Shown one piece after another: positions 9,654 through 19,650 of a stretch of DNA of 64,000 nt (position 1 is the first letter of the stretch; every line of letters starts with the position of its first letter). The DNA lies in NCBI GenBank assembly GCA_963847625.1, contig CAWKAR010000025.1:64001-128000 (forward strand), given 5' to 3'. The translations under genes and the position numbers were made by a program. The notes under the pieces were generated by a model. That model had not been told where the DNA came from. It made no database searches and saw nothing but the letters and a program-made list of their open reading frames with translations. This DNA is from a candidate division FCPU426 bacterium. Its GTDB lineage: Bacteria; Oederibacteriota; Muellerivitia; Muellerivitales; Muellerivitaceae.

Positions 9654-10708
9654 GCCGAATTCACGGAGTAAGTGCAACACTTCGCCGGAAGACTTCCGCC
9701 GGAGTTTTAAAGCCCAAACATTTCCTGGGCCTGTTATTGAGCCATCTTTCTATGGTCCTGAATTCTTTGAAGGACACTTTAGCAAGATCAGTCTTTTTAG
9801 GCAAATGGCGGCGGACAAGACCGATAGTATTTTCCACCGTACCTTTTTCCCAACTGTGGAAAGGGGCGCAGAAAAAGGATTTTGTACCAAGCACGTGGTT
9901 GGTTTCCAAGTGGTTGGTGTTTTCGGTTCCGTTGTCATAGGTCAGACTCAGGCGGGCGTCTTGAGGGAAGCGGCATAAAGCGCGGTTGAGGCTATGACTC
10001 ATTTGGCGAGCGGTCTTTCGTTTGAGCTTTCCCAACTTGGAAAAACGGCTTTGACGCTCGACGAGAGCCCGCATAGCAACTTTACTCTGACGAGAGACCA
10101 TGGTGTCGGTTTCCCAATGGCCGAATTGCTTGCGTTGATTGGCGATCTCGGAGCGCTTATCGATGGAAACACGGCCTGGGATATGGTTTTTGGCGTGCTT
10201 ACGGCTATGGCCAAATGAGAATCGTCGCCGGTGGTGTCGAACTAGGCAAGGAATCAGCTCAGTGGCTTCAGCATAAACCCACTGATAGATAGCTTCAGGA
10301 CCAATGGTTTGCTTAGGCCGTAGGTGACCTAATCGACCTGAAATGAGTTCTGGAGACCAGCCTCGTTTCAATTGACGACGGACGTAGGCACGAATTCGTT
10401 TTGTTTTCAGGCGTAAACGGCGTGCTCGTTGTTGGTTGCGGTCAACATACCGTTGATGGGCTCGATGAGAAAGATAATAACCAGAACGGATAGGGGGAGC
10501 ATTGCGCTTGAGTTCCCTGGAGAGGGTGGAAGGAGACCTCTTCAAGGCGCGTGAAATTGCTCGAAGGCTAAGACCCTTTCCTTTCAAGACGGATAAATGA
10601 TCTCTTTCTTCAACGCTTAAATGCTTGTATTTCTTTTTCATAGCCGCATATCCTATTCATGCGGCCTTCTTCAGACACTAAGTGTTGCACTTACTTATGG
10701 AACTCGGG
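9654..10708 (-). mobile_element. IS30-family insertion sequence, copy 1 (1055 bp)
   Basis: Imperfect terminal IRs cccgagttccataagtaagtgcaacact / gccgaattcacggagtaagtgcaacact; 3-bp target duplication GGT (9651-9653 and 10709-10711); ends defined by alignment with copy 2. Confidence 0.93.
9661..10641 (-). CDS. IS30-family transposase
   Basis: YKHLSVEER HTH, STLSRELKRN, WSPELI, GHWETDT, YDNGTE, WEKGTVEN and LNNRPRK motifs. Confidence 0.96.
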   Translation of the reverse strand: MKKKYKHLSVEERDHLSVLKGKGLSLRAISRALKRSPSTLSRELKRNAPPIRSGYYLSHRAHQRYVDRNQQRARRLRLKTKRIRAYVRRQLKRGWSPELISGRLGHLRPKQTIGPEAIYQWVYAEATELIPCLVRHHRRRFSFGHSRKHAKNHIPGRVSIDKRSEIANQRKQFGHWETDTMVSRQSKVAMRALVERQSRFSKLGKLKRKTARQMSHSLNRALCRFPQDARLSLTYDNGTENTNHLETNHVLGTKSFFCAPFHSWEKGTVENTIGLVRRHLPKKTDLAKVSFKEFRTIERWLNNRPRKCLGFKTPAEVFRRSVALTP

Positions 10709-10712
10709 GGTT

Positions 10713-11837
10713 TTATTTGTTTGTTGTTCTTAAAACAATATTTTTCTTGTCGTCTTGGCAGCGGTAGATTTTCGTTTCTAATTCCTTGACGCAGTCCGTC
10801 CAATCCCACTTTCTTGCCAGCAAAACGGCCTGGCGTGTGGATTTTTTGGCCCTCAAAGCCTTAAGAACGGCCCCCGCGAAGTGGGCCGGGTCGGGCGGGG
10901 AAAGAAAAATCTTTTTTTTGAACTGGTGAATTTCTCCCACTTGGGTGGCCACCACCTTACAGCCGCTGGCCATGGATTCACGAAGCTTCATCGAGGCCCG
11001 GTATTTATTAACCGGAAGGTCGCTGTAATAAACGAGGGAGGCGCCGGAAATATTTAAGCAGGCGGCCACTTGCCGGGGGGAAAGGTAACCCGTGAAGTGG
11101 ACTGCATGGGCGACTCCCAATTCCATCGCGAGGCGCTTGAAGCGGCCCTCATCGGGTCCGCCGCCCGCCACCAGCAGTTTGGCCGCGGGGATGGCCTTAA
11201 GGATGATTTGGAAAGACCGCAAGACCGGCTCCAGGTCGCAGGCCACATTCAAATGAGCCGTGAAAACCAAAAGGGGACGGGCTTTTCTATCGTTGTAAAG
11301 CTCAGCGGCTATGCCGGGCAGGTGCTCCTTTATCGGAGGGCGCGGCGAAAACAGGTCGGTGTCCACTCCTTGGGGAAGCTGGACTAGATTTTCCCCGGGG
11401 ACTTTAAAAACTTGCGCGATGGCTTCCAACAAGTTGGGATTGTGGTAAGTGACAATGTCCGCCCATTTGGGCCAGGCGATTTGCAGACATTTATGGAAAG
11501 TCTTGAACCAGCCGTGGCTGTAATCGTAGTCCAAGTCATCCACGTCAATGACGGCCTTCGCGCCTTTAAGCCTTTGCACCCAAAGAGCCGGAACAACAGT
11601 GGGATAAGGTTTGATGGCCATCGCCACGTCGGCTTTGATGAAAAGCGACTTGTAAAGGTAATAGGGCGCCGAAAGAACCATGTCGAACCAAAACGGAAGG
11701 CTGGGGATGGGTTTCACGAACCGGGCTTCATGGCCCCTTTTCTGAAACGCCTCGGCGATATAGCGCGCGCGCAAGGCACACCCTGTTCCGCCGCCTTTTG
11801 TGGAGAAGACGAGGAATTTGAGCGGTTTTTTCGGCAA
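10713..11837 (-). CDS. Glycosyltransferase family 4
   Basis: GT-B features: GVDTDLF, LLVAGGGP, VHFTGY, MKLRESMASG. Confidence 0.88.
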   Translation of the reverse strand: MPKKPLKFLVFSTKGGGTGCALRARYIAEAFQKRGHEARFVKPIPSLPFWFDMVLSAPYYLYKSLFIKADVAMAIKPYPTVVPALWVQRLKGAKAVIDVDDLDYDYSHGWFKTFHKCLQIAWPKWADIVTYHNPNLLEAIAQVFKVPGENLVQLPQGVDTDLFSPRPPIKEHLPGIAAELYNDRKARPLLVFTAHLNVACDLEPVLRSFQIILKAIPAAKLLVAGGGPDEGRFKRLAMELGVAHAVHFTGYLSPRQVAACLNISGASLVYYSDLPVNKYRASMKLRESMASGCKVVATQVGEIHQFKKKIFLSPPDPAHFAGAVLKALRAKKSTRQAVLLARKWDWTDCVKELETKIYRCQDDKKNIVLRTTNK

Positions 11838-11935
11838 GATTAACGCCTCCCACCGTGCGTGAAATGGAATTTCTCGTTAAGGCTTTTCATAGGCAGTCAT
11901 TCAAAAATCCCAGGTAAACTTTAATCCCGAAAATA

Positions 11936-13411
11936 TTATCTAACGTCCTGGCCGGTGAGAATGGCGGCGCCCCGCTTGGCGATTTCCCAGCAGCCCTTGA
12001 TGTTCCACATGGGGTCGGTGAGGCGGATTTTGGAGAGCAAGTACTTGGGGCGGAACAATATTTCCCGGTAGGCCTCCCGGCGCATCCGGATCAGGTCCTG
12101 GGTCGTCAGGGCTTCGGTGCGGATAACCGGAACGGGGGCCAGGGGTGAGTACTGGGACCAGTCTTTGTGGTTCAGGTAGCCGTTCTTCTCATACCAGGGG
12201 TACATCTCGGTGTTGGGGAAAGGCGTGGAAAAGCAGAACTGGGTATAGAAGGGGTCGATTTCCTTGATGAAGTCGATGGTTTCGCGCCATGTTTCCTTTG
12301 TCTCGCCGGGCAACCCCACGATGGTCATGCCGTAAAAAAGAATATCGGCTTCCTTGCAGGACAGGGCGCATTTCCGGATGTCGTCCTTGGATACGCCCTT
12401 GTTGATGTTCTCCAATATTTTCTCCGAGCCGCTCTCGATGCCCACCGCCAGCTCGCGGCAGCCCGAATCGCGCATTTTCTTCAAAGAAGGGACATCGGTC
12501 AGGTTGGCGCGGGTACAGCAGACCCACTCCATGTTCACTTCGTCCTTGATCAATTGGTCGGCCAGGTCGGCGGTACGGGCCGAATTGAGCGCCAGGAGAT
12601 CGTCGAAGAAAAGGACGTTCTTGGCCCCGAAAGAATCCCTCAGCCACTTGAGCTCAGCGGCCACGTGCTGGTGGGGACGGGGGCGGTATTTCTCCATGGC
12701 GTAAGCGCAGAAAGAACAGCCGAAAGGACAGCCCCGGGAGGTTTGAATCATGACGAAATGGTCCTGAAAGACACCCGTGTGATAGGGTTCGATGGAGGGC
12801 AGCAGGTCATAAGCCGGAAATGGGGCGACACTCACATCCATCAAGGAATCGGGGGGTGTTTTTTGAAGGCCTTCTTTTTCGGTGAAGTAAGCCAGGCCTT
12901 TAATTCCGGAAAACCAGCCGGTGGATTTCGGGGGCAGGGTGCCTTCAGGTGAAAGATGCGATTCCAGTTCCTTGGCTAGGTTCGGCAGGATGGCGTCCAA
13001 CTCGCCCATCAAATAGAGATCCACTTCGGGACGGCGCGCGGTTTCCTCCAACAGAAAGCCCACCTCGGAAATGATTTTGTTTCGAATCACCGTGACGCAG
13101 GAAGGGTTGGTGGCTTTGGCCAGTTGGAGGACCTTGAGATCTTCTTCCTGGCAGTCGAAGGCCATGCGAGCCACCACCAAATGGGGCTCCCAGGAGCTTA
13201 AAACACGGCCGATATGTTCCAATCTCAGGTCAAACCCGTTGGCGTCAATGACCTTCACGTCGAAGCCGGCCTGGCGCAGGGAAGCGGCTCCCTGGAGGAT
13301 GGATAAGGGGGGATAGACCGAACCCACGTCCCGGTGCTCGTAGCGTTCCTCCCGGACGACCGGAAGGTCCTTCACGCGGGGCGGATTGACTAATAAAACT
13401 CTCAGCTTCAT
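11936..13411 (-). CDS. B12-binding (class B) radical SAM protein
   Basis: VLLVNPP...YPPLS cobalamin-binding start; TSRGCPFGCSFC; GIESGS; TPFPNT. Confidence 0.92.
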   Translation of the reverse strand: MKLRVLLVNPPRVKDLPVVREERYEHRDVGSVYPPLSILQGAASLRQAGFDVKVIDANGFDLRLEHIGRVLSSWEPHLVVARMAFDCQEEDLKVLQLAKATNPSCVTVIRNKIISEVGFLLEETARRPEVDLYLMGELDAILPNLAKELESHLSPEGTLPPKSTGWFSGIKGLAYFTEKEGLQKTPPDSLMDVSVAPFPAYDLLPSIEPYHTGVFQDHFVMIQTSRGCPFGCSFCAYAMEKYRPRPHQHVAAELKWLRDSFGAKNVLFFDDLLALNSARTADLADQLIKDEVNMEWVCCTRANLTDVPSLKKMRDSGCRELAVGIESGSEKILENINKGVSKDDIRKCALSCKEADILFYGMTIVGLPGETKETWRETIDFIKEIDPFYTQFCFSTPFPNTEMYPWYEKNGYLNHKDWSQYSPLAPVPVIRTEALTTQDLIRMRREAYREILFRPKYLLSKIRLTDPMWNIKGCWEIAKRGAAILTGQDVR

Positions 13412-13637
13412 GGCTCTTTATTCTCCCGTTGATTAAAGATCTCCCGAATGGTGAAACGTCAAGATACGCCCGGCAGGTCGAATTCTCAAGCCCCGGGAAA
13501 GCCCAAATGAAGCTCAAAAGGCACGTCCAAGATTACAACCTTAACCAAGATGGATGTTTGATTAGGGGTTTTCTCCAGGAAATCCAGGTGTATTTGTCCG
13601 GAACCTGAAAAACGCGGAACCACCATCTGATGGACCC

Positions 13638-14873
13638 TTAGAATAAATAAAGATCCATGGAAAGTTTCAAGTCAATGCCGGTGTAATCAATGGAGGCGTA
13701 ATCGCTGATGCCGCCCCCGATGTATTGGGTGCTCTGGATTCCCACGGTTCCGTTAGGCTGGATGGCCAGGGCCGCGGTGCTGGGGCCGGCACTCAAACCG
13801 CTGACGGTTCCCTGGACTTTGGGGATATTGGCGTAACGGAAACTGCCGGATAACTCCAAGCCGACCGACTTCGTGAAAAACCATTCGTTTCCAATTCCCA
13901 CCTCGGCCCCGATGTTCCCGCCGCTTAAATTTCCGTAAATCGGCTGGGTGGAAGCTTGCTGGTAGTAGCTCACCATGCTCAAGTAATAGCCCAACCCTCC
14001 CATGACAAAAAAACGGTTTTTCCCAACGGGGAAATAACGGTAGTAATTCAGGCTGGCCGAATAGGTATCCGGATTGATGGATTGCAGGACGCCCGAGGAG
14101 GAGGAAACCAAGTTCACCGAGTAACCCTGGCCCCCCAGGTAGGAGAGGCCCACTGAAACGGCGTCTTTAGGGTCCAGGCTGTAGCCTGTCTCAAGCCCCA
14201 TCTCGATGCCGGCGTTCCTCGCCAGGACGTAGCCTTCTTCCCCGTTCTGGGCGAGGTTCTTGTTCCAAGCCACCACCCCCGCCCCCAGGTCCCCGGTTCC
14301 CGTAAAACCGTAGGTGGAATCCAGCTTGAACCAGAGGGGGTTCCGGCCCTCGTTTTTCCGGGGGTAGTAATTTACGGGTTGATCGAATGCCGGGGTCTTG
14401 ACCGACATGCCGGAAACTTGGGCTAAAACCTCGGAAGGAATGTCGACTGGCGGAGCTATTTTTGAAATATACTTCGGTTTTTCTTCGTCAACCGGCTGGA
14501 GGGGATAATCGAATGCGCCTGTGGTCAGGTCCCGGCAGTCCTTGATCAGGGTGGAATTGTTAGGATGGATTCTCAGGCATTCCTGGTAGGCGGCCAAGGC
14601 CGCGTTTTTTTGCCGGAGCTGGAAATAGCAGTTTCCGATCATTTGATAGCATTGCCAAAAGTCCATGTCCTCGTCGACGGCATTGCAAAAATACCGGATG
14701 GCTTTCTCGTAATAGCCTTGCTGGTATAAACGGTAGCCGGTCTTGTAATCGGACAAACCTGGTTTAGCCATCACCGAGGAGAGGGGCAATAGGGCCATCA
14801 CCCCCGCCAATCCAAATGAAAACAAAATTCTTCGATTCATCAGGAATCCAATCATACCTGCTTCGGGATTCAT
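13638..14873 (-). CDS. Exported TPR protein with a C-terminal outer-membrane beta-barrel
   Basis: Signal peptide; TPR helices (YEKAIRYF, AALAAYQECLRIHPNN); amphipathic strands ending LKLSMDLYLF (terminal Phe). Start may be slightly downstream. Confidence 0.65.
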   Translation of the reverse strand: MNPEAGMIGFLMNRRILFSFGLAGVMALLPLSSVMAKPGLSDYKTGYRLYQQGYYEKAIRYFCNAVDEDMDFWQCYQMIGNCYFQLRQKNAALAAYQECLRIHPNNSTLIKDCRDLTTGAFDYPLQPVDEEKPKYISKIAPPVDIPSEVLAQVSGMSVKTPAFDQPVNYYPRKNEGRNPLWFKLDSTYGFTGTGDLGAGVVAWNKNLAQNGEEGYVLARNAGIEMGLETGYSLDPKDAVSVGLSYLGGQGYSVNLVSSSSGVLQSINPDTYSASLNYYRYFPVGKNRFFVMGGLGYYLSMVSYYQQASTQPIYGNLSGGNIGAEVGIGNEWFFTKSVGLELSGSFRYANIPKVQGTVSGLSAGPSTAALAIQPNGTVGIQSTQYIGGGISDYASIDYTGIDLKLSMDLYLF

Positions 14874-14974
14874 GCTTTAAATGTACCCACTTTATAGACG
14901 GCAAAAACGAAAAATATTCCAAAAAAAATGAAAATGAATGTATCTCAAGCCGGTTTAACTTTAAAACCCTTAAT

Positions 14975-15379
14975 CTACCTCGGCTTTCCAGGTAGTGTTT
15001 TCCGCCCATATTCGGCGGTAATGGTGGAATGCATGCCTCCCCGGGTGTTGAATTCACCGGCGACCCTGCACCATTTGGGCTTGGCCGCGGCCGTAAAATC
15101 CCGAAGCATTCGGTTGACCGCGTTTTCATAAAAAATTCCGACATTGCGATAGGCCAGGATGTATCCCTTGAGGGATTTCAGTTCCAAAACCGATTTGACG
15201 GGCTCATATTCCAAAATTAGGGTCCCAAAATCCGGAAGTCCCGTCTTGGGGCAGACCGCCGTATATTCGGGGATCTCAATCCGGATGGTGTAACCCTTGA
15301 ATTGATTGGGAAAGGTCTCCAGGGCGGGTAATTTCACCGACAATCCGGATTTTGCGTGCCGCTCGTTGTATTGGTTCAT
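14975..15379 (-). CDS. queF: NADPH-dependent 7-cyano-7-deazaguanine reductase (preQ1 synthase, type I)
   Basis: EYTAVCPKTGLPDFG, ELKSLK and RGGM motifs. Confidence 0.95.
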   Translation of the reverse strand: MNQYNERHAKSGLSVKLPALETFPNQFKGYTIRIEIPEYTAVCPKTGLPDFGTLILEYEPVKSVLELKSLKGYILAYRNVGIFYENAVNRMLRDFTAAAKPKWCRVAGEFNTRGGMHSTITAEYGRKTLPGKPR

Positions 15380-15440
15380 AAACACTCCAAAATCTTAATG
15401 GAACAAGATTTTTTAAATCACATCTTTCCAAAATAATCTC

Positions 15441-15537
15441 TAGCCACGGATGCATGGGATAAATGGGATTTAATAAACACAAATATTTAAAGCCTTTTTC
15501 TTTGCTTATCTGAATGCATCCCCTGAATCCGTGGCTA
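15441..15537. repeat. Intergenic palindromic (REP/MITE-like) element
   Basis: Arms tagccacggatgcatgggat ... atcccctgaatccgtggcta around an AT-rich spacer. Confidence 0.6.
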
Positions 15538-15563
15538 ATCCTTGTTTTTCCTTTACGATTTTT

Positions 15564-16640
15564 TCAATTAACCAGATTATAAACCGTGTCCCGTTGGTGG
15601 GGCTCAAATCCCATTTCCCGGATCAGCCTCCTCATCTCGTTCAATTCCATCGTATATCGGGTCCCGGTGGAGGACACGACATTTTCCTCCAGCATAATGC
15701 TTCCCAGGTCGTTGGCCCCGTATTTTAAACCCAATTGCCCTATTTTCTTTCCCGGGGTCAGCCAGGAAGCCTGGACGTTCGGCAGGCAATGGTTCAGGAT
15801 GATCCGTGAGATTGCCAGGGTTTTCAGGTAATCCATCCCGCTTGCGCTTTTCAGCCCCAAACTTTCGTTTCCGGGCTGGTACAACCAGGGGATGAAGCCA
15901 AGGAAACCACCCGTCTCTTCCTGCAGTTCGCGGACGCGGAAAACATGCTCGATCCGGTCCTCCACGGTTTCCACGTGCCCGAACATCATGGTGGCGGTGG
16001 ATCTCATTCCCAGCGAATGCACCTCGCGCATGACATCCAGCCATTCTTCGGTGGAAGCCTTCAAGGGGGCGATTTCCCGCCTCACACGGTCCACGAGAAT
16101 CTCGGCCCCTCCCCCCGGCATGGAATCCATCCCGGCCTTTTTGAATTCCATCAGGATTTCCCTGACCGGCATTCCAAAGAGTCCTGAGAAATGCACTAAT
16201 TCGGGAGGTGAAAAAGCATGCAAGGTGATATTCGGATGGGCATTTTTCACCTTCGAAAGCATATCCAAGTACCAATCCAGCTTCAGTTCCGGATTGTGCC
16301 CCCCCTGTAACAAAATCTGGGTGGCGCCCAATGCCTTGGCTTCAGCCACTTTGTGGATGATCTGTTCCGCCTGGTTAACATACCCTTCTTTCTGGTCCCC
16401 CGGCTCGCGGTAAAAAGCGCAGAACTTGCAGTAGGTCACGCAAACGTTAGTGTAATTAATATTGCGGTCGATCAGGTAGGTAGCGATCTTGTCGCCCTTA
16501 GAACGGGTCTTAAGGACATCAGCCATGGTCCCCAGGTTGTTCAAATTGGAACCCTGGTAAAGTTCCAATGCTTCCCCTCTGTCGACGATATGACCGTCCA
16601 TTACTTTTTCCTGTAGGTTTTCCATGGTTGCGGACGGCAT
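15564..16640 (-). CDS. mqnC: Cyclic dehypoxanthinyl futalosine synthase
   Basis: IDRNINYTNVCVTYCKFCAFYR, ILLQGG, PGGGAEIL and GANDLGSIMLEENVV motifs; start ATG 16640, not the track's 16823. Confidence 0.93.
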   Translation of the reverse strand: MPSATMENLQEKVMDGHIVDRGEALELYQGSNLNNLGTMADVLKTRSKGDKIATYLIDRNINYTNVCVTYCKFCAFYREPGDQKEGYVNQAEQIIHKVAEAKALGATQILLQGGHNPELKLDWYLDMLSKVKNAHPNITLHAFSPPELVHFSGLFGMPVREILMEFKKAGMDSMPGGGAEILVDRVRREIAPLKASTEEWLDVMREVHSLGMRSTATMMFGHVETVEDRIEHVFRVRELQEETGGFLGFIPWLYQPGNESLGLKSASGMDYLKTLAISRIILNHCLPNVQASWLTPGKKIGQLGLKYGANDLGSIMLEENVVSSTGTRYTMELNEMRRLIREMGFEPHQRDTVYNLVN

Positions 16641-16660
16641 ATTTCTTCTTTTCCCAGTTG

Positions 16661-17554
16661 TTAATGAATGAGTTTCTCTTCTTTTAAAAGCCGTTGGAAT
16701 TCCAACTGGCCCTCCACTTCCTCGGGGCCGTAATGGTAACGGACAAATTTTTCCAGGTACTCTTTCGCCATGGTCCGGTGGAAAACCCAAAGCCCCTTGT
16801 AATGATTCGCGATTTCCTCGCAATGCTTGAGTCCCTCATTCTTGGCGGCCAAAAGGTCGGCCTCGATCTCGCGGGCGATGGGTTCGGAACGGGCCATCCA
16901 AACCGCGTGGATGAAGGGTTTTTGGGTCCTCAAATACCATTCCTCGCCCAAGTCCGTCACGGTCATTCCGGTTGGGGCGGATAACAGCGCCATATCCCCG
17001 AACTGGAGCACAGCCTCCCAGGGCTTGGTTTGGTTGGGGTGGAAAGTCTCCGCCTGGACGGCAACCACTTCCAAATCCTTCACCCCAAACCATTTCTTCA
17101 GGATCAACCGGGACATCAAAACCGAAGTTTGGGAACGGTCATCCACAAAAAGGCGCTGGATAGCCTGGAGGGGCCGGTGGGAAAGAATCCGGATGCTTTT
17201 AATCACCCCATGGCTGCCAATGGCGGCTATGGGAACAATATTGAGCAAGGGATTAAGAAAATAAGCCGCAATGGGGGCGATGGCCACATCCACCTTTCCC
17301 TCCGAGAGCAGCCGACCCATCTGGTTCGGGGTGGATTGGACCAATTGGTGGTGAGTTCCCAAGCCCCAAATCAATGGCTGGATATTAAGAAAAGAAAAAA
17401 ACCCGATTCGCATGGGTTTGGCGGTAAAAACCAAGGGTGCGCTCGGAGCAAGAGGGGTTTCAGGAACGGGAACCGGCGCGGGTTTTTGAGGAACATCTGT
17501 CGCCGGAGTCCCCGAAGTGGTTGATTTGGATTCGCTCATTTTTTCCTCATTCAA
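16661..17554 (-). CDS. mqnA: Chorismate dehydratase
   Basis: FLNIQPL, SQTSV, GDMAL and DLGEEW...PFIHAVW motifs; lies between mqnE and mqnC. Confidence 0.88.
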   Translation of the reverse strand: MNEEKMSESKSTTSGTPATDVPQKPAPVPVPETPLAPSAPLVFTAKPMRIGFFSFLNIQPLIWGLGTHHQLVQSTPNQMGRLLSEGKVDVAIAPIAAYFLNPLLNIVPIAAIGSHGVIKSIRILSHRPLQAIQRLFVDDRSQTSVLMSRLILKKWFGVKDLEVVAVQAETFHPNQTKPWEAVLQFGDMALLSAPTGMTVTDLGEEWYLRTQKPFIHAVWMARSEPIAREIEADLLAAKNEGLKHCEEIANHYKGLWVFHRTMAKEYLEKFVRYHYGPEEVEGQLEFQRLLKEEKLIH

Positions 17555-17565
17555 ACATAAATAGA

Positions 17566-18687
17566 TTAAACACTCACCGGGGTTTTTCCTTTGGCGCCAT
17601 GGATTTCATGGTACAAGGTGTCCCTTTCCACCGGAACACACCTGGCTTCCCGAATCAACTTCTGAAGGTCCTGGACCGTCATGGCCTGTGGCGTGTCGCT
17701 TCCGGCCATCCGGTAGATATTTTCCTCGATGACCGTCCCGTCAATGTCGTCCACTCCGAACGATAGGGAAAGCTGGGCCAGTTTTGCGCCCAGGGTCACC
17801 CAATAGGCCTTGATGTGGTCGAAATTATCCAGGTAGGCCCTCGCCACCGCGAGGGTTTTCAGGTCCTCGATGCCGGAGGGTCGGGCGTATTGATCCATGG
17901 AGGTGTGGTCGGGATGGAATGCCAGGGGGATAAAGGTCTGGAAGCCCCCGGTCTCATCCTGCAATTCCCTCAGGCGCCTCATATGGTCCACCCGGTGTTC
18001 ATATTTCTCAATATAGCCGTAAAGCATGGTGGCGTTGGTCCTCAACCCCAGTCCGTGGGCGGAGCGGTGGACATCCAGCCATTGTTTGGCGTCGGCTTTG
18101 CCCGGGCAGATTTGCTCCCGGATCTCGGGATGGAAAATTTCCGCCCCGCCTCCCGGCATGGAATCTAGCCCCGCTTCCTTCAGCCTCGACAGGACCTCCC
18201 GGACGGGTAGGTTGAACTTGTCGGCGAAATAATGGATTTCCACGGCCGTGAAGCATTTCAAATGGACGGTCGGGACTGTCTTTTTCAGCAACTGGAGCAG
18301 GGTCTCGTACCAATCCAGTTCGTACTTGGGATGGAGCCCCCCCACGATATGCAGTTCGGTGATGTGTTCCTTCTCAAAGGCTTCCAGCGCTTTTTGCGCC
18401 ATCTGCTGGTGGGTGAAACTGAATTCGCCCTCTTCCCCCTCGAACCGGGAAAAGGCGCAGAACCTGCAGGACGTGTCGCAGACGTTGGAATAGTCGATAT
18501 GCCGGTTGATGTTGTAATAGGTGCGGTTGCCGTTCTTCCTTTCCCGGACCAGGTTGGCCAGGGCCCCCAGGACGAAAAGGTCGTTGGTCTCGAACAGGCG
18601 GAGGGCGTCCTCGTCCGAAAGGCGGTTTCCCGCCTGAACTTTCTCGAACAGGTCCTTAATGGGTGAGACTGATAGTTGGCGTTTCAA
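17566..18687 (-). CDS. mqnE: Aminofutalosine synthase
   Basis: NRHIDYSNVCDTSCRFCAF, ELHIVGGLHP, FIPLAFHP and HIKAYWV motifs; probable TTG start overlapping the ubiA stop. Confidence 0.93.
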   Translation of the reverse strand: MKRQLSVSPIKDLFEKVQAGNRLSDEDALRLFETNDLFVLGALANLVRERKNGNRTYYNINRHIDYSNVCDTSCRFCAFSRFEGEEGEFSFTHQQMAQKALEAFEKEHITELHIVGGLHPKYELDWYETLLQLLKKTVPTVHLKCFTAVEIHYFADKFNLPVREVLSRLKEAGLDSMPGGGAEIFHPEIREQICPGKADAKQWLDVHRSAHGLGLRTNATMLYGYIEKYEHRVDHMRRLRELQDETGGFQTFIPLAFHPDHTSMDQYARPSGIEDLKTLAVARAYLDNFDHIKAYWVTLGAKLAQLSLSFGVDDIDGTVIEENIYRMAGSDTPQAMTVQDLQKLIREARCVPVERDTLYHEIHGAKGKTPVSV

Positions 18688-19568
18688 AACCAAATGGCGG
18701 CTCCCACAACCAGGAAATATAGGATTGAAATCCAACCGTTTAGTTTCATCATGGAAGGCGAAAGATAAAAGATGGTTTTTCCCCTATTGGTCTCAAGGCG
18801 GTATGCGTGGCGGTGTTGGTAAAAAAGGATAGCCCCGATGAGGGCCACCCCCAGGTAATAAATCATAGGAAAACCCGCCTGGGCCCCGAAGCCAGCCAAA
18901 AATCCTAACATAAGGGTATGGAAGAATCGAGAGGCCTTTAGGCTGTTGGCCAGGCCCCAACGGGTAATCCAGGAATGAAGGCCCTCCGCCCGGTCAAACG
19001 CCTCGTCCTGGGTGGAGTAAAGGATGTCGAACCCCGCCAGGAAACAAATCACCGCCGCCAACAGCCAAAAGGGGTCCCACTCCAGTTTTCCTGTCGCCGC
19101 GATCCAGGCCCCGACCGGAGCCACCCCCAGGGCCAGTCCTAGGAACAAGTGGGAGGTCCAGGTGAACCGCTTGGTGTGGGTGTAGAAAAAGAGGATGACC
19201 AGGACCAGGGGGGAAAGCTTGAACGCCAGGGGGTTCAAGGGGATGCAGGAAAGCACGAAACCGAAACTCGTGGCCCAAACCAGGATCTTGACCTGCCAGG
19301 GCTTGATGCGCCCCGCCGGGATGTCCCGGTCTTTCGTCCGGGGGTTCTTAGCGTCGATATTCGCGTCGATCAAGCGGTTGTAGGCCATGGCCGTCGTGCG
19401 GGCCAGGACCATGCAAACAATTACCCAGAAAAGGACGTGCAAGGAGGGTTTCCCATGGGTCGCCGTCAAGAGGCTCGCGAGGGCGAACGGCAGCGCGAAT
19501 ACCGAGTGGGGTAGGACGACCAGGTTGCTGATGGTCTTCAATCCCCTGAAAATTTTTAACTCGGGCAT
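18684..19568 (-). CDS. ubiA: UbiA-like polyprenyltransferase (MqnP role)
   Basis: HSVFALPFA, ARTTAMAYNRLIDANIDAKNPRT and FDILYSTQD motifs. Confidence 0.93.
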   Translation of the reverse strand: MPELKIFRGLKTISNLVVLPHSVFALPFALASLLTATHGKPSLHVLFWVIVCMVLARTTAMAYNRLIDANIDAKNPRTKDRDIPAGRIKPWQVKILVWATSFGFVLSCIPLNPLAFKLSPLVLVILFFYTHTKRFTWTSHLFLGLALGVAPVGAWIAATGKLEWDPFWLLAAVICFLAGFDILYSTQDEAFDRAEGLHSWITRWGLANSLKASRFFHTLMLGFLAGFGAQAGFPMIYYLGVALIGAILFYQHRHAYRLETNRGKTIFYLSPSMMKLNGWISILYFLVVGAAIWF

Positions 19569-19650
19569 ATAACACCTTGCACCATTTGAGAATTTAAACC
19601 AGGTTGGCTGTTAAAGTGAATTTATAAATCCAGCGGACAAAAACCAAGAA

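Noticed and set aside
15386..15563. preQ1 riboswitch upstream of queF
   Set aside because: I could not identify the stem-loop and A-rich tail; only a palindromic repeat is evident.
19569..19650. Third ubiX repeat or matching att at the left edge of the island
   Set aside because: No convincing similarity to 26057-26080 or 26153-26205, so the boundary stays approximate.
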